NCBI GenBank assembly: GCA_964559915.1
Contig: CAZLJP010000001.1
Span: 129,510-193,509, forward strand
DNA length: 64,000 nt
Origin: an uncultured Candidatus Saccharibacteria bacterium
GTDB taxonomy: Bacteria > Patescibacteriota > Saccharimonadia > Saccharimonadales > JALRHH01
Reading direction: 5' to 3'
Shown one piece after another: positions 1 to 9,083 of the stretch. The position numbers and the translations under genes were made by a program. How positions within the stretch are numbered: the stretch's first letter is position 1; each line of letters opens with the position of its first letter. Under the pieces are notes generated by a model. It was not told the DNA's origin. It saw only the letters and a program-made list of their open reading frames with translations, and did not search any database.

Positions 1-473
1 GTGAATTAGACGAGGACGAGGTGGAAATTATGCGCGGTGCACTCAGTCTCAGCGAAAAGCGTGTACGCGATATTATGACACCTATTCGGAATGTGTATTG
101 GCTTCGTCCCGATAGCTTGATTGATGGTCGAGCCATTGCCGAAATTCAGGTCAAATCCTGGAGTCGTATCCCCATTTTCAATCAAGAATTAACTGAATGC
201 GTTGGCGTACTTTTGATGAAAGATTTAGTAAATATCAATTTCGCGAAGCAGCCTGTCCAAGTTAAAGATTTGCCGCTGCACCCTACCCGCTTGGTCGGTA
301 GTATGACCGCGCTGGACACTATGTTCCGCAAGTTTATCAATGCACATACGCATCTTATACCTATAGAAAAAGATGATGTAATCGTAGGCGTAGTGACCAT
401 TGAAGATTTGCTAGAAGAAATCCTTGGTCACGAAATTGTCGACGAAGCCGACCACCGAGTGAAGCGGTCTTAG
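1..473 (+). CDS. CNNM/CorC-family CBS-domain protein, 3' part (truncated by window edge)
   Basis: V-x-D-I-M-T-P, SRIP and GVVTIEDLLEEILG motifs of the CNNM/hemolysin CBS pair; frame open from position 1. Confidence 0.85.
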   Translation, partial: ELDEDEVEIMRGALSLSEKRVRDIMTPIRNVYWLRPDSLIDGRAIAEIQVKSWSRIPIFNQELTECVGVLLMKDLVNINFAKQPVQVKDLPLHPTRLVGSMTALDTMFRKFINAHTHLIPIEKDDVIVGVVTIEDLLEEILGHEIVDEADHRVKRS

Positions 474-1396
474 AACCAGCGCTTCTTATGAAAGATGTAT
501 ATCACTGTCGCCATTAATCCAGCAATTAACAACAATACAATTGAAAAAGCATGCGGGTTATCACGAAGTGGCACCGCAACGTTCATCCCCCACAACCCAC
601 CAACAATAGTTGGGATAGAGAAGAAGATAGCGATTGATGTCAGTCGCTTAAAGGTCTGGTTCAAACTGGTAGTAGCGATAGTGTCGTATGCCTGACGGAT
701 ATTCTGAAGGGCTCGTGCACGTGATTTAGCTAGCTCAATTAGCTCAGCTGCACCCAGTCTTAAGTCCTCAACCATATCCTTATCATCCTCGTACAAACGA
801 ATATACTTACCACTCAACAGGATGTTTAACACGACTGCTTGCGGTTGCAGGGCAGTCATGAACTCGTTCAAATCTTCTTCAATTTCTATAATACTTACAA
901 AATCTCGGCCAGTCAGTTCTGATTGTCGCATCTGAGCACGAATCTGCAACGTCTTCTTGGACACTTTATTGATTTGCATGCGGTAGGAACGATTTATCTC
1001 TTCCAGGATTTGCATTAAAGTCTTGGTTTTTTGAGTTGTCACCGCCTCTACTGCACCGCTCTGTAGCTGTTTAAATATGTCTGAGTCAAGTCGTGTAACC
1101 GTAATTAAATAGTTAGGGGTATATATAAGTAGCATTGGCTCTGTAGCAATATCGCGACCTTCGGGATGGCAATAACGAGTAAAGATATAGACATTGCCAC
1201 CATCTGTCTCGATACGTGGAGCTTCGTAGATATCGACAGCGTCCTGTAGCAGGTCAAGCTCTAGTCCGTATGTCTTGGCAAGGCTTTCAAGTTCTTGCTC
1301 GCTGGGAGTGACCAATGATATCCACGAACCAGCCTTCGGCTTGTCAATTTTAGCAAGTGTACGGTCTCTGGCTGTGCTGTGATATACCGTTAACAT
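470..1396 (-). CDS. corA: CorA-family Mg2+/Co2+ transporter
   Basis: PT...GLWGMNV signature with two C-terminal TM helices. Confidence 0.9.
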   Translation of the reverse strand: MLTVYHSTARDRTLAKIDKPKAGSWISLVTPSEQELESLAKTYGLELDLLQDAVDIYEAPRIETDGGNVYIFTRYCHPEGRDIATEPMLLIYTPNYLITVTRLDSDIFKQLQSGAVEAVTTQKTKTLMQILEEINRSYRMQINKVSKKTLQIRAQMRQSELTGRDFVSIIEIEEDLNEFMTALQPQAVVLNILLSGKYIRLYEDDKDMVEDLRLGAAELIELAKSRARALQNIRQAYDTIATTSLNQTFKRLTSIAIFFSIPTIVGGLWGMNVAVPLRDNPHAFSIVLLLIAGLMATVIYIFHKKRWF

Positions 1397-1410
1397 AAGG
1401 CTATTTTACC

Positions 1411-3234
1411 CTACTTTGCTTGGCGCTTACGCTTATTGGGATCCAATTCACGTTTGCGGAGGCGGAGATTTTTGGGGGTGACTTCTAGGAGTTCGTCGTT
1501 CTCTATAAAGTCGAGACATTGTTCGAGACTGAAGATGGTTGGAGGTGTAAGTTGGACGACACCATCGCTCCCAGAAGCACGCATGTTAGTCAGGTGTTTA
1601 GCCTTACAGACATTAATTTCCATGTCCTCTTGACGAGTGTTCAAACCAATAATCTGACCAGCATAGACTTTTTCTGCAGGACCGACGTAGGTAGTACCAC
1701 GAGCTTCGGCATTTTGCAGTGCGTACGGAGTGGTCGTACCAGTCTCAAACGAAATCAATACTCCGTTACGTAGCTGTTGCAGCGGTGCGCTCTGAGGTTC
1801 AAAACCGATAACCAAGCTGTTCATAACAATAGTACCCTTGGTGTTAGTCATCAGAATGTTACGCATACCCAGCAGTGCACGTGTTGGCATAACATATATA
1901 AGCTTAGTCACACCCTTGGGACTGGCAAATTGTTCTTTAAGGTTAGCACGGCGTTGGCCGAGTTCCATTTGTACAGCGCCCACATGTTCTGCGGGTACTT
2001 CAATAATAACTTCTTCAACCGGCTCGACTGTTTGCCCCTTTTCTTCATGGGTCACAACCTGAGGACGACCAACTTCAAACTCATAGCCTTCGCGGCGCAT
2101 AGTTTCAATCAGCACGCCAAGATGCAGCTCACCACGGCCCGCTACGGTAAAGCCAATACCGTCCTCTTGGACCCTTAGACCAACATTAGTCTCCAGCTCT
2201 TTGTCCAAGCGTTCAGCAATCTGGCGCGAGGTACTGAATTCACTCTCCTGTCCCTTGAACGGGCTAGTGTTAGGACCCAAGTAAATACGCAGTGTTGGCG
2301 CCTCTACCTCGATTGTAGGTAAGGCTTCTGGGCTGATTGCATCCGCCACTGTCTCGCCAATCTGAGCATCGGCTATACCTGTCAGTTGCACGATATCACC
2401 TGCGATGCCGCCGGGTACTTCAAACTTACTGACACCATGACTCATAAATACATTATCAACGCGGGCCCTGGCCTGTGTGCCGTCTTTTTTACAGAGTACA
2501 ACTTGGTCGCCAGGCTTAACCGCACCGCGTGTAATACGGCCGATAGCGTATTTGCCCTTGAACGTATCGTGGGCTAACGCAGTTACCAACATCTGGAATG
2601 GCTTATCGAGCTCTACTGTTGGGGCCGGAATCTTATCTATTACCGCTTCAAAAATCGGTTCCAAATCTGCAGCCATTTCTGGGTCGGTAGGTGGCGTAGC
2701 CCAGCTTTTACCGGCACGACCAATGGCATAATAGACTGGATAATGCAGTTGGTCTTCGTGTACAGCTAGCTCTAGGAATAAATCAGCTAGCTCGTCTTCA
2801 ACTTCCTTGATACGACTACCTGGTTTATCAATCTTGTTGATAATCACAATTGGCTTTAGCTCTGCTGCCAAGGCCTTGCCTAATACAAATTTAGTCTGCG
2901 GCATAGGGCCTTCTTGGGCATCAACAATCAACAAACAACCATCAGCTAGGTTGAGCGTACGCTCTACCTCACCACTAAAGTCGGCGTGCCCGGGTGTATC
3001 AATAATATTAATACGGTAATCACCGTGTTGCACAGCAGTGACCTTGGCGGTGATTGTGATACCACGCTCTTTTTCCTGATCGCCACTGTCCATAATAAGT
3101 TCTTGGCCCATTTCGGCCTGGTTATCACGGAATGTCTGAGACTGCTTGAGCAAGCCATCAACCAAGGTAGTTTTACCGTGGTCAACATGCGCGATAATCG
3201 CGATATTTCTAATCTTGGTTGGGTCTTGTTTCAT
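1411..3234 (-). CDS. typA: Translational GTPase TypA/BipA
   Basis: NIAIIAHVDHGKTTLVD, ERGITI, DTPGHADF, GRGELHL and C-terminal EVTPKNLRLRK. Confidence 0.97.
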   Translation of the reverse strand: MKQDPTKIRNIAIIAHVDHGKTTLVDGLLKQSQTFRDNQAEMGQELIMDSGDQEKERGITITAKVTAVQHGDYRINIIDTPGHADFSGEVERTLNLADGCLLIVDAQEGPMPQTKFVLGKALAAELKPIVIINKIDKPGSRIKEVEDELADLFLELAVHEDQLHYPVYYAIGRAGKSWATPPTDPEMAADLEPIFEAVIDKIPAPTVELDKPFQMLVTALAHDTFKGKYAIGRITRGAVKPGDQVVLCKKDGTQARARVDNVFMSHGVSKFEVPGGIAGDIVQLTGIADAQIGETVADAISPEALPTIEVEAPTLRIYLGPNTSPFKGQESEFSTSRQIAERLDKELETNVGLRVQEDGIGFTVAGRGELHLGVLIETMRREGYEFEVGRPQVVTHEEKGQTVEPVEEVIIEVPAEHVGAVQMELGQRRANLKEQFASPKGVTKLIYVMPTRALLGMRNILMTNTKGTIVMNSLVIGFEPQSAPLQQLRNGVLISFETGTTTPYALQNAEARGTTYVGPAEKVYAGQIIGLNTRQEDMEINVCKAKHLTNMRASGSDGVVQLTPPTIFSLEQCLDFIENDELLEVTPKNLRLRKRELDPNKRKRQAK

Positions 3235-3319
3235 GCAATACAAAAGCGCCCGATTTGCAGGCGCTTGCCTTTGACTATATTATCGCATAACGGGGAGAAA
3301 CAAACAAACTGATATCAAA

Positions 3320-3586
3320 CTAGATTGCTTGGCCGTCAGGAAATTCTGGACAATTTACTGGATATGCCACAGATTCATCAGCCTCGATTGCCAAGAGTAC
3401 GCCGCAATTACCAAGTCCACAGGCGATGCCCATAGCTCGTTCTTCTTCTACGCTATCTTTTTCAACCAATATGCGAAGAGCCTGTCTGGCATTAAATCTC
3501 TGTTGTCCATCATCTAAACGCTGCACCCAATCAGCCGCACAAGTACGTTGGGCTCTATTTTCTAGAAATTCATGTATGGTAGCCAT
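3320..3586 (-). CDS. Hypothetical protein (88 aa)
   Basis: Fills the intergenic gap; AT-rich -10-like TATAAT upstream; no recognised motif. Confidence 0.55.
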   Translation of the reverse strand: MATIHEFLENRAQRTCAADWVQRLDDGQQRFNARQALRILVEKDSVEEERAMGIACGLGNCGVLLAIEADESVAYPVNCPEFPDGQAI

Positions 3587-3649
3587 AATCTTAATATATT
3601 ATAACACTCTTATCCTAATCCTGTCAATACTGCGTGCTACAATAAAGGT

Positions 3650-4828
3650 ATGAGTTTTGAACCACTTGCAGAGAAAATGCGACCAGCCAAGCTAGCTGAT
3701 GTAATTGGGCAGGAGCATTTGGTTACTGCGGGCAAGATTATCCACGAGATTATTGCGGCCAAGCAGCCTGTCAGCCTGATACTGTGGGGGCCGCCTGGCA
3801 GTGGCAAAACCACTTTGGCGCGAATTATCGCCACAGAGACGGATGCTGAGTTTATAGAACTGTCGGCTGTGAGGGCTGGCAAAGCCGATGTAGTAAAGGT
3901 CATAGAGCATGCGCAGCAAAACCAACGTTTGGCACAACGCACTATTTTATTCGTAGATGAAATTCACCGCTTTAATAAAGCCCAGCAAGATGCCTTTTTG
4001 CCCTATGTAGAAGACGGCACGATTACCCTGATTGGAGCTACTACAGAGAACCCTAGTTTTGAGGTGATTACACCCCTGTTATCCCGTTCACGCGTATTGG
4101 TGCTGGAGCCTCTTGACAAAGGGTCTATTACCACCGTTGTCAAGACAGCTGCTAAGAAGTTAAAACTGACTGCTAAGCGCTTGCCAGCCAGAAGTATTGA
4201 TTTGCTAGCTGAGCTATCTGGCGGTGACGCACGCGTTGCGCTGGGTAACCTCGAGTTAGCATTACAACTGACCAAAAATACTATCACGCCAGAGATTATT
4301 AAAACAGCTGCCCAAAAACGTATCCCAGGCTATGACAAAGCTGGCGAAATGCATTACAGCGTCATTAGTGCCTTCATCAAATCCATGCGTGGCAGTGATG
4401 CTAATGCCACACTGTATTATCTGGCCCGTATGCTACAAGCTGGTGAGGACCCTAAATTTATTGCCAGGCGCATGGTGATATTTGCCAGCGAGGATGTCGG
4501 CATAGCCAGCTCACCGGCACTCAATTTAGCCATCAGCACGTTTCAGGCAGTGGAGCGAATCGGCATGCCCGAGTGTCAGTACAACCTCTTTCACTGTGCA
4601 CTCGTGCTAGCCAAATGTCAGAAATCACGCGTCGTAGCCGACGCTATGCACAAGGCGCAGGCCGCAGCCAAGGAGCATCCTGATACCCCAGTGCCGCTAC
4701 ACCTGCGCAATGCTCCGACTACACTTATGAAAGATTTAGGCTATAGCAAAGATTACAAATGGGAGGCCGATTTTACACACCCACGAGGCTTTTTGCCGGA
4801 CGAATTGTCCGGGCTGGAGCTGCTGTAG
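3650..4828 (+). CDS. rarA: Replication-associated recombination protein A (RarA/MgsA AAA+ ATPase)
   Basis: PLAEKMRP, GPPGSGKTT, DEIHRFNKAQQDAFLP, SAFIKSMRGSD, VPLHLRNAP. Confidence 0.95.
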   Translation: MSFEPLAEKMRPAKLADVIGQEHLVTAGKIIHEIIAAKQPVSLILWGPPGSGKTTLARIIATETDAEFIELSAVRAGKADVVKVIEHAQQNQRLAQRTILFVDEIHRFNKAQQDAFLPYVEDGTITLIGATTENPSFEVITPLLSRSRVLVLEPLDKGSITTVVKTAAKKLKLTAKRLPARSIDLLAELSGGDARVALGNLELALQLTKNTITPEIIKTAAQKRIPGYDKAGEMHYSVISAFIKSMRGSDANATLYYLARMLQAGEDPKFIARRMVIFASEDVGIASSPALNLAISTFQAVERIGMPECQYNLFHCALVLAKCQKSRVVADAMHKAQAAAKEHPDTPVPLHLRNAPTTLMKDLGYSKDYKWEADFTHPRGFLPDELSGLELL

Positions 4829-5957
4829 ATTTACGCTTGATTATCTTGACCTGTTCCCATGGCAAGCCTTCACGCCCAAAGTGTCCGTACGCTGCAGTCT
4901 GCAGATAGATTGGCTGACGTAGCTTCAATCCCTCGACAATCCCTTGTACGGATGTGTCTAACAATTGCTCGGCAAAGGTTTGGATTTTGTCTGCCGATAC
5001 CTTGTTAGTGCCAAATGTATCAATGGTAAAGTTAACCGGCTTTTTGGCGCCAATGTAGTAAGCAAGCGCCACTTCGGCTTTTGCAGCCAGCCCGTTAGCT
5101 ACAATGTTTTTGGCGATATAACGCGCTGCATAGGCGCCTGAACGGTCGACCTTACTTGGGTCTTTGCCACTAAAAGCCCCACCACCGACGCGGGCATAGC
5201 CACCGTAGCCGTCAACCACAATCTTACGCCCAGTTAGCCCGGCGTCAGATGCTGGACCCGGCGTATACCAAACACCTGTACCGTTCACCACAATATCTTT
5301 CTCGGCAATCACATAGCCGTAACGTTGAAGTACTGGCGTAATAACATGCTGATAGACATCCGCCCTGACACGCTCCAGACTAATCTTCTCATTGTGCGGC
5401 ACGGCAATTGTCACATGCTCAACAGCAGCTGGCTTATCATCTTCGTAGCGCACCACCACTTGTGCCTTCCCATCTGGACGGAGATGGGGCAAAGTGCCGT
5501 CCTCACGAGCAGTATCTAACGCACGCGTTAGCGCGTGTGCAAGACTTATGGGTAGCGGGAGATATTCTGGTGTTTCGTCGCTTGCAAAACCAAACATTAG
5601 CCCTTGGTCGCCTGCTCCAAAGTCGTCTACACCCACCGAAATTTCTGCTGATTGCTGATGAATGTAATTATCAATTGGTGACGTATCACTAAATCCCCAC
5701 TTAGGCTCCGTGTATCCCAGACGACGAATCTCTTGTCTGGCGATAGCCTCGATATCAACCTTTGCGGTAGTATTGATTTCCCCGGCTAAAATAACCCGGT
5801 TATTGCCCACGAGAGTTTCTACGGCCGTGCGACCATTCGGGTCTTGTGCCAGCACTGCATCTACAATTGCATCGCTAATTTGATCGGCCACCTTATCCGG
5901 ATGACCAGCAGCCACACTCTCCGACGCAAAATGCGTAATTTTTTTAACTTTTGACAT
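4773..5957 (-). CDS. metK: S-adenosylmethionine synthetase
   Basis: SESV..GHPDK, GAGDQG, GLTGRKI, GGGAFSGKD, TAAYGHFGR. Confidence 0.97.
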   Translation of the reverse strand: MSKVKKITHFASESVAAGHPDKVADQISDAIVDAVLAQDPNGRTAVETLVGNNRVILAGEINTTAKVDIEAIARQEIRRLGYTEPKWGFSDTSPIDNYIHQQSAEISVGVDDFGAGDQGLMFGFASDETPEYLPLPISLAHALTRALDTAREDGTLPHLRPDGKAQVVVRYEDDKPAAVEHVTIAVPHNEKISLERVRADVYQHVITPVLQRYGYVIAEKDIVVNGTGVWYTPGPASDAGLTGRKIVVDGYGGYARVGGGAFSGKDPSKVDRSGAYAARYIAKNIVANGLAAKAEVALAYYIGAKKPVNFTIDTFGTNKVSADKIQTFAEQLLDTSVQGIVEGLKLRQPIYLQTAAYGHFGREGLPWEQVKIIKRKSTAAPARTIRPAKSLVGV

Positions 5958-5965
5958 AATTCCTC

Positions 5966-6229
5966 CTAAATTGTTGCTTGGACATCAATTTGACTGACCA
6001 GTTCTTGGGCATCGAGCCGCTGACCAGTTCGGTCAAATATAGTACTTTGTGGGCTGACTGGCACCGTTCCATTAAAGATGTCAGCAAAGGTCAGCTCCTT
6101 GCTGAGTTGGATGACAGCTTCTGCACCGAGCAATCTCGCAACTCGCAGAGTACGCGCTGGCTCAATCAGGAACTCTGGTGTTGGCGCCTGTTCAGCCTTA
6201 ATACAAGGCTCAGTTAGTAGGTTTGACAT
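5966..6229 (-). CDS. Hypothetical protein (87 aa) between SAM riboswitch and metK
   Basis: ORF starts right after the riboswitch terminator U-tract; its stop overlaps the AGGAGG SD of metK. Confidence 0.55.
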   Translation of the reverse strand: MSNLLTEPCIKAEQAPTPEFLIEPARTLRVARLLGAEAVIQLSKELTFADIFNGTVPVSPQSTIFDRTGQRLDAQELVSQIDVQATI

Positions 6230-6268
6230 AAAAAATATCCCTTCTGCTCAATCAGCAAGAAAGGGATA
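6230..6268 (-). terminator. Intrinsic terminator (expression platform of the SAM riboswitch)
   Basis: Minus strand ATCCCTTTCTTGCT-GATTG-AGCAGAAGGGAT followed by ATTTTTT. Confidence 0.8.
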
Positions 6269-6289
6269 GGATGTTCGTTAAAATCACCG

Positions 6290-6412
6290 TATATCTTTCC
6301 GCTTTTATGAGCGGCTAGATGGAGCACCTTCATGGATTAACGGCCTTTTCGTCTATCCCATGGGTTGCCGGCAGGTCATCGAGCTAGATCTCTCGCTGCA
6401 CTCTTTATATTT
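6290..6412 (-). promoter_or_regulatory. SAM-I (S-box)-type riboswitch aptamer
   Basis: Minus strand ATAAAGAGTGCAG-CGAGAGATCTAGCTCGATGA-CCTGC-CGGCAACC...GGTGCT...CCGC..GCGG-AAAGATAT matches the S-box layout (kink-turn GA/TGA, GGCAACC, GGTGC, GAAAGAT); upstream of metK. Confidence 0.85.
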
Positions 6413-6433
6413 GTAAAAATTATCAAAGAAAGG

Positions 6434-7342
6434 CTATTTCAAGTGTAGCACGCGACGAACATGTGTCAACGTGCTTGTGCCCAATCGCTGAATTGCTCGC
6501 AAAACATACGGTGCTGCGAAGTAGGCAGCCACCGCATACAGCCCGCCCAGAATTTCATCAATGGCATAATGCTCACCCTGATAGATAGTGCCAAAATAGA
6601 TACAGAATGGGTATATCAGTGAGGCGTATTTCCAGCTGCTCTTCTTAAATAGCTTGAAGACAAATATGGCGAATAAGGTGGCGTATGCTGCGTGTAGTGA
6701 GGGCACCGCTGCGACTGGGTTGGGAGAAATCTTGTTATAAACTGATGGGAAATCATGAATACCAAATACAGCCCAGACATGACTTGATACGCGTTGAATT
6801 GGCTCAATATATCCCATATCACTAGCCATCCACGGTGGTGCCGCTGGGAATGCTAAAAACGTCAGAAAGGCTGCAAATGATACAAGTATATACGTTGTGA
6901 CATACCGCCAATAGTGTTTTTCACGTACACGCCAAATTAGGAATGCGAGGGCAAATGGCAACACAAAATGTAGCGTATAGAACAAATAGAGAATCAAATC
7001 ATACCATTGCACGTGGCCATGCCATAGATGCTGTTGTAACCATGCCGTGGGTAGCTGCCCAAAGAACAAAAACCTATCAACATCTGGCATCCAAGTGTAA
7101 TTCACATGTTGGTTGAGATGTGGCACAATCCCCCGGAATGACTCATACACGAGCAGGAGCCCAACAAATGGCACAAAGCGTTTTAGCATCTCTTTGGCCT
7201 GGCCAAAAATCAAACAAACAAAGGTAGCAAAAACCAATAATTTGTCTGGTGTCGGAAAACTTGGCTCATGGATAAAAATAGCCAGGCTAACACCTGTCAT
7301 TACAATTCCCACAAGCTGCATGGGTTTCAGTTTTTTAAGCAT
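6434..7342 (-). CDS. PAP2-superfamily (AUR1/IPC synthase-like) membrane phosphatase/phosphotransferase
   Basis: PAAPPW, AAVPSLHAA and HYAID motifs; multiple TMs. Confidence 0.85.
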   Translation of the reverse strand: MLKKLKPMQLVGIVMTGVSLAIFIHEPSFPTPDKLLVFATFVCLIFGQAKEMLKRFVPFVGLLLVYESFRGIVPHLNQHVNYTWMPDVDRFLFFGQLPTAWLQQHLWHGHVQWYDLILYLFYTLHFVLPFALAFLIWRVREKHYWRYVTTYILVSFAAFLTFLAFPAAPPWMASDMGYIEPIQRVSSHVWAVFGIHDFPSVYNKISPNPVAAVPSLHAAYATLFAIFVFKLFKKSSWKYASLIYPFCIYFGTIYQGEHYAIDEILGGLYAVAAYFAAPYVLRAIQRLGTSTLTHVRRVLHLK

Positions 7343-7374
7343 CGTTTATCATTATACCAATACTACGTATTAGT

Positions 7375-7435
7375 GAAACGGGCGATACTCAAACTAAACA
7401 TGTAAACACGTTTAGTTTTCCGTTTCTACGTTATA
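7375..7435. repeat. Palindromic dispersed repeat, copy 1 (homologous to 34450-34507)
   Basis: GAAACGGGCGATACTCAAACTAAACATGTAAACACGTTTAGTTTTCCGTTTCTACGTTATA aligns with the reverse complement of 34450-34507. Confidence 0.7.
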
Positions 7436-7493
7436 ACTAAAACTGCCCCGCTAAAGCGAGACAGCCGCAATACGTCCACATCGACACGTATTC

Positions 7494-7658
7494 TTAAAGC
7501 GTGCGGGGCGTTTGCTCGTATTCCCAAAACGACTCAACTACCGGTTCATCACCGGTTTCTTGGTCGTTAAAATCAGTCAAGTCGTGACGGACATTCAGGC
7601 GTAGTGCTTTCCACATATATTTAACGCGCTGCTTAGCGACAAATTGTTGAGTAGTCAT
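7494..7658 (-). CDS. Small hypothetical protein (54 aa, MTTQQFVAKQRVKYMWKALR...), not in the ORF track
   Basis: GGAGG SD and ATGA overlap with the upstream ORF's stop. Confidence 0.6.
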   Translation of the reverse strand: MTTQQFVAKQRVKYMWKALRLNVRHDLTDFNDQETGDEPVVESFWEYEQTPRTL

Positions 7659-7834
7659 AGCGCACCTCCACCATCGAAGCTCATGGGATGTCGTTTTTCA
7701 ATCTGTGGAACAACATTCATACGGTGAAGTGCGGGATTGCGCAGCGCAATGCGATGCACATCATCAGCTGGACGCAAATCATCACCTGCGTTTCGCATCT
7801 TAGTTTTGGCAATAGATATATTATCTTGGCTCAT
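7655..7834 (-). CDS. Small hypothetical protein (59 aa, MSQDNISIAK...)
   Basis: GAGGGGAG SD before ATG at 7834; TATAAC -10 at 7862-7867. Confidence 0.55.
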   Translation of the reverse strand: MSQDNISIAKTKMRNAGDDLRPADDVHRIALRNPALHRMNVVPQIEKRHPMSFDGGGAL

Positions 7835-7885
7835 GACATCTCCCCTCTCGGTACCCGTATTGTTATATATTTCTTTACCTGAAAC

Positions 7886-7924
7886 AGTGACAGTCTTCAC
7901 AATATTCATGTGATTAATATCACA
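7886..7924. promoter_or_regulatory. Two tandem CRP/FNR-family binding sites
   Basis: TGTGA-TTAATA-TCACA at 7909-7924 (perfect CRP consensus) and AGTGA-CAGTCT-TCACA at 7886-7901; adjacent to a CRP-family gene. Confidence 0.75.
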
Positions 7925-7956
7925 TGTTTGCCTGAGCCCAGGCTGAGTGAGCAAGG

Positions 7957-8670
7957 TTACTTATTTTGCGATATGGGGTGTTCAAGAAAGGGCCACATGC
8001 CCAAAACGTCTTCTACGCCAATGGTACTGGCCAATTTAATTGGATCAATAATTACAAAATGCCCGCGGCCCTTTTGTCGTAGTAGCCCACGTTTTTCCAT
8101 ACGGCCAATCATACGACTGGCAGTCTCACGTGTCATACTCAGTGAATCGGCAATATGTTGGTGACGGAACGGTATTGTCAGATACCAGCCGTCCTCGTGT
8201 AGCTCGCCATAACGGCCAATAAAATACAGCAAGCAATAGGCTACTTTGTCGTACGCATTACTAAAAGTCAGATTTTCCACACGAGATTTGAGGAAATACA
8301 TTTGCTCCATCTGCATATAGGTAAATTCTTTGTGCAGCTCTTCGTTGCTAGATAAGGCCTCTTCTAGTTTCTTTGGGGGCAAACTATACGCCACGATATC
8401 GGTGTATGCTTCCCTGTAGACATTCTGATGCACGTCCAGAAAGGCCCACATGATAGAGAATATTTCGCCTGGCTGATACATGATGTTGAAGTGCTGCGTG
8501 CCATTTTTTGCCAGAGTGTATTCTTTGACTAATCCTTGAGTCAAAAAATAAACCCCTTTCGGGGTTTCGTTGGCGTGTTGGATGATTTCACCCTTCTTGT
8601 AAGTTAGTTTTTGGCCCAACTTGAAGAGCTTCCCAATTTCGGTCTCAGATTTGTTACCGGCGTATTTCAT
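7957..8670 (-). CDS. CRP/FNR-family transcriptional regulator
   Basis: cNMP-binding domain start (YKKGEII..., GLVKEY, PGEIF) and HTH HQHIADSLSMTRETASR. Confidence 0.93.
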   Translation of the reverse strand: MKYAGNKSETEIGKLFKLGQKLTYKKGEIIQHANETPKGVYFLTQGLVKEYTLAKNGTQHFNIMYQPGEIFSIMWAFLDVHQNVYREAYTDIVAYSLPPKKLEEALSSNEELHKEFTYMQMEQMYFLKSRVENLTFSNAYDKVAYCLLYFIGRYGELHEDGWYLTIPFRHQHIADSLSMTRETASRMIGRMEKRGLLRQKGRGHFVIIDPIKLASTIGVEDVLGMWPFLEHPISQNK

Positions 8671-8793
8671 CCTTTGTAGACCTTTCGCATTACTATGCGA
8701 TACTTCATAGTATACACCTTGTAGCTAGTTTTACGCCTAGCAAAAAAGAGCGGGTTTTAGTATAATCACCTCTTGTCAGCTATGTTGACATAC

Positions 8794-8868
8794 TGGGGAT
8801 TCGCCAAGTGGTAAGGCACTGGTTTCTGGTACCAGCATTCGGGGGTTCGAATCCCTCATCCCCAGCCA
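8794..8868 (+). tRNA. tRNA-Gln(CTG)
   Basis: TGGGGAT acceptor, CTG anticodon, GTTCGAATC, encoded CCA. Confidence 0.96.
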
Positions 8869-8870
8869 TG

Positions 8871-8910
8871 AAAAAGCGTTCATTTGCCAGCGGCAGATGG
8901 ACGCTTTTTC
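8871..8910 (+). terminator. Intrinsic terminator after tRNA-Gln
   Basis: AAAAAGCGTTCATTTGCC-AGC-GGCAGATGGACGCTTTTT. Confidence 0.8.
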
Positions 8911-8917
8911 TTTACTC

Positions 8918-9069
8918 GGACGATAGGGATTCGAACGACCGAGTCCAGTGGACTCGGGCCGCCTGAAACCCGGAGGGTGACCGGAGCAAAAGTAATTTTC
9001 TTTTGCTGGTCAGGTCGAATCCCTCATCCCCAGCCATGAAAAAAGACCGACATTTGTCGGTCTTTTTTT
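8918..9069 (+). repeat. tRNA-Gln-linked palindromic element: inverted T-arm copy, hairpins, direct 3'-end copy, second terminator
   Basis: AGGGATTCGAAC at 8925-8936 is antisense to the T-arm; 9015-9036 is identical to tRNA 8847-8868. Confidence 0.85.
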
Positions 9070-9083
9070 GGATTATTTGAAGT

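Noticed and set aside
4773-4828. 56-bp convergent rarA/metK overlap
   Set aside because: Explained by a short non-conserved C-terminal extension of MetK; no sign of special function.
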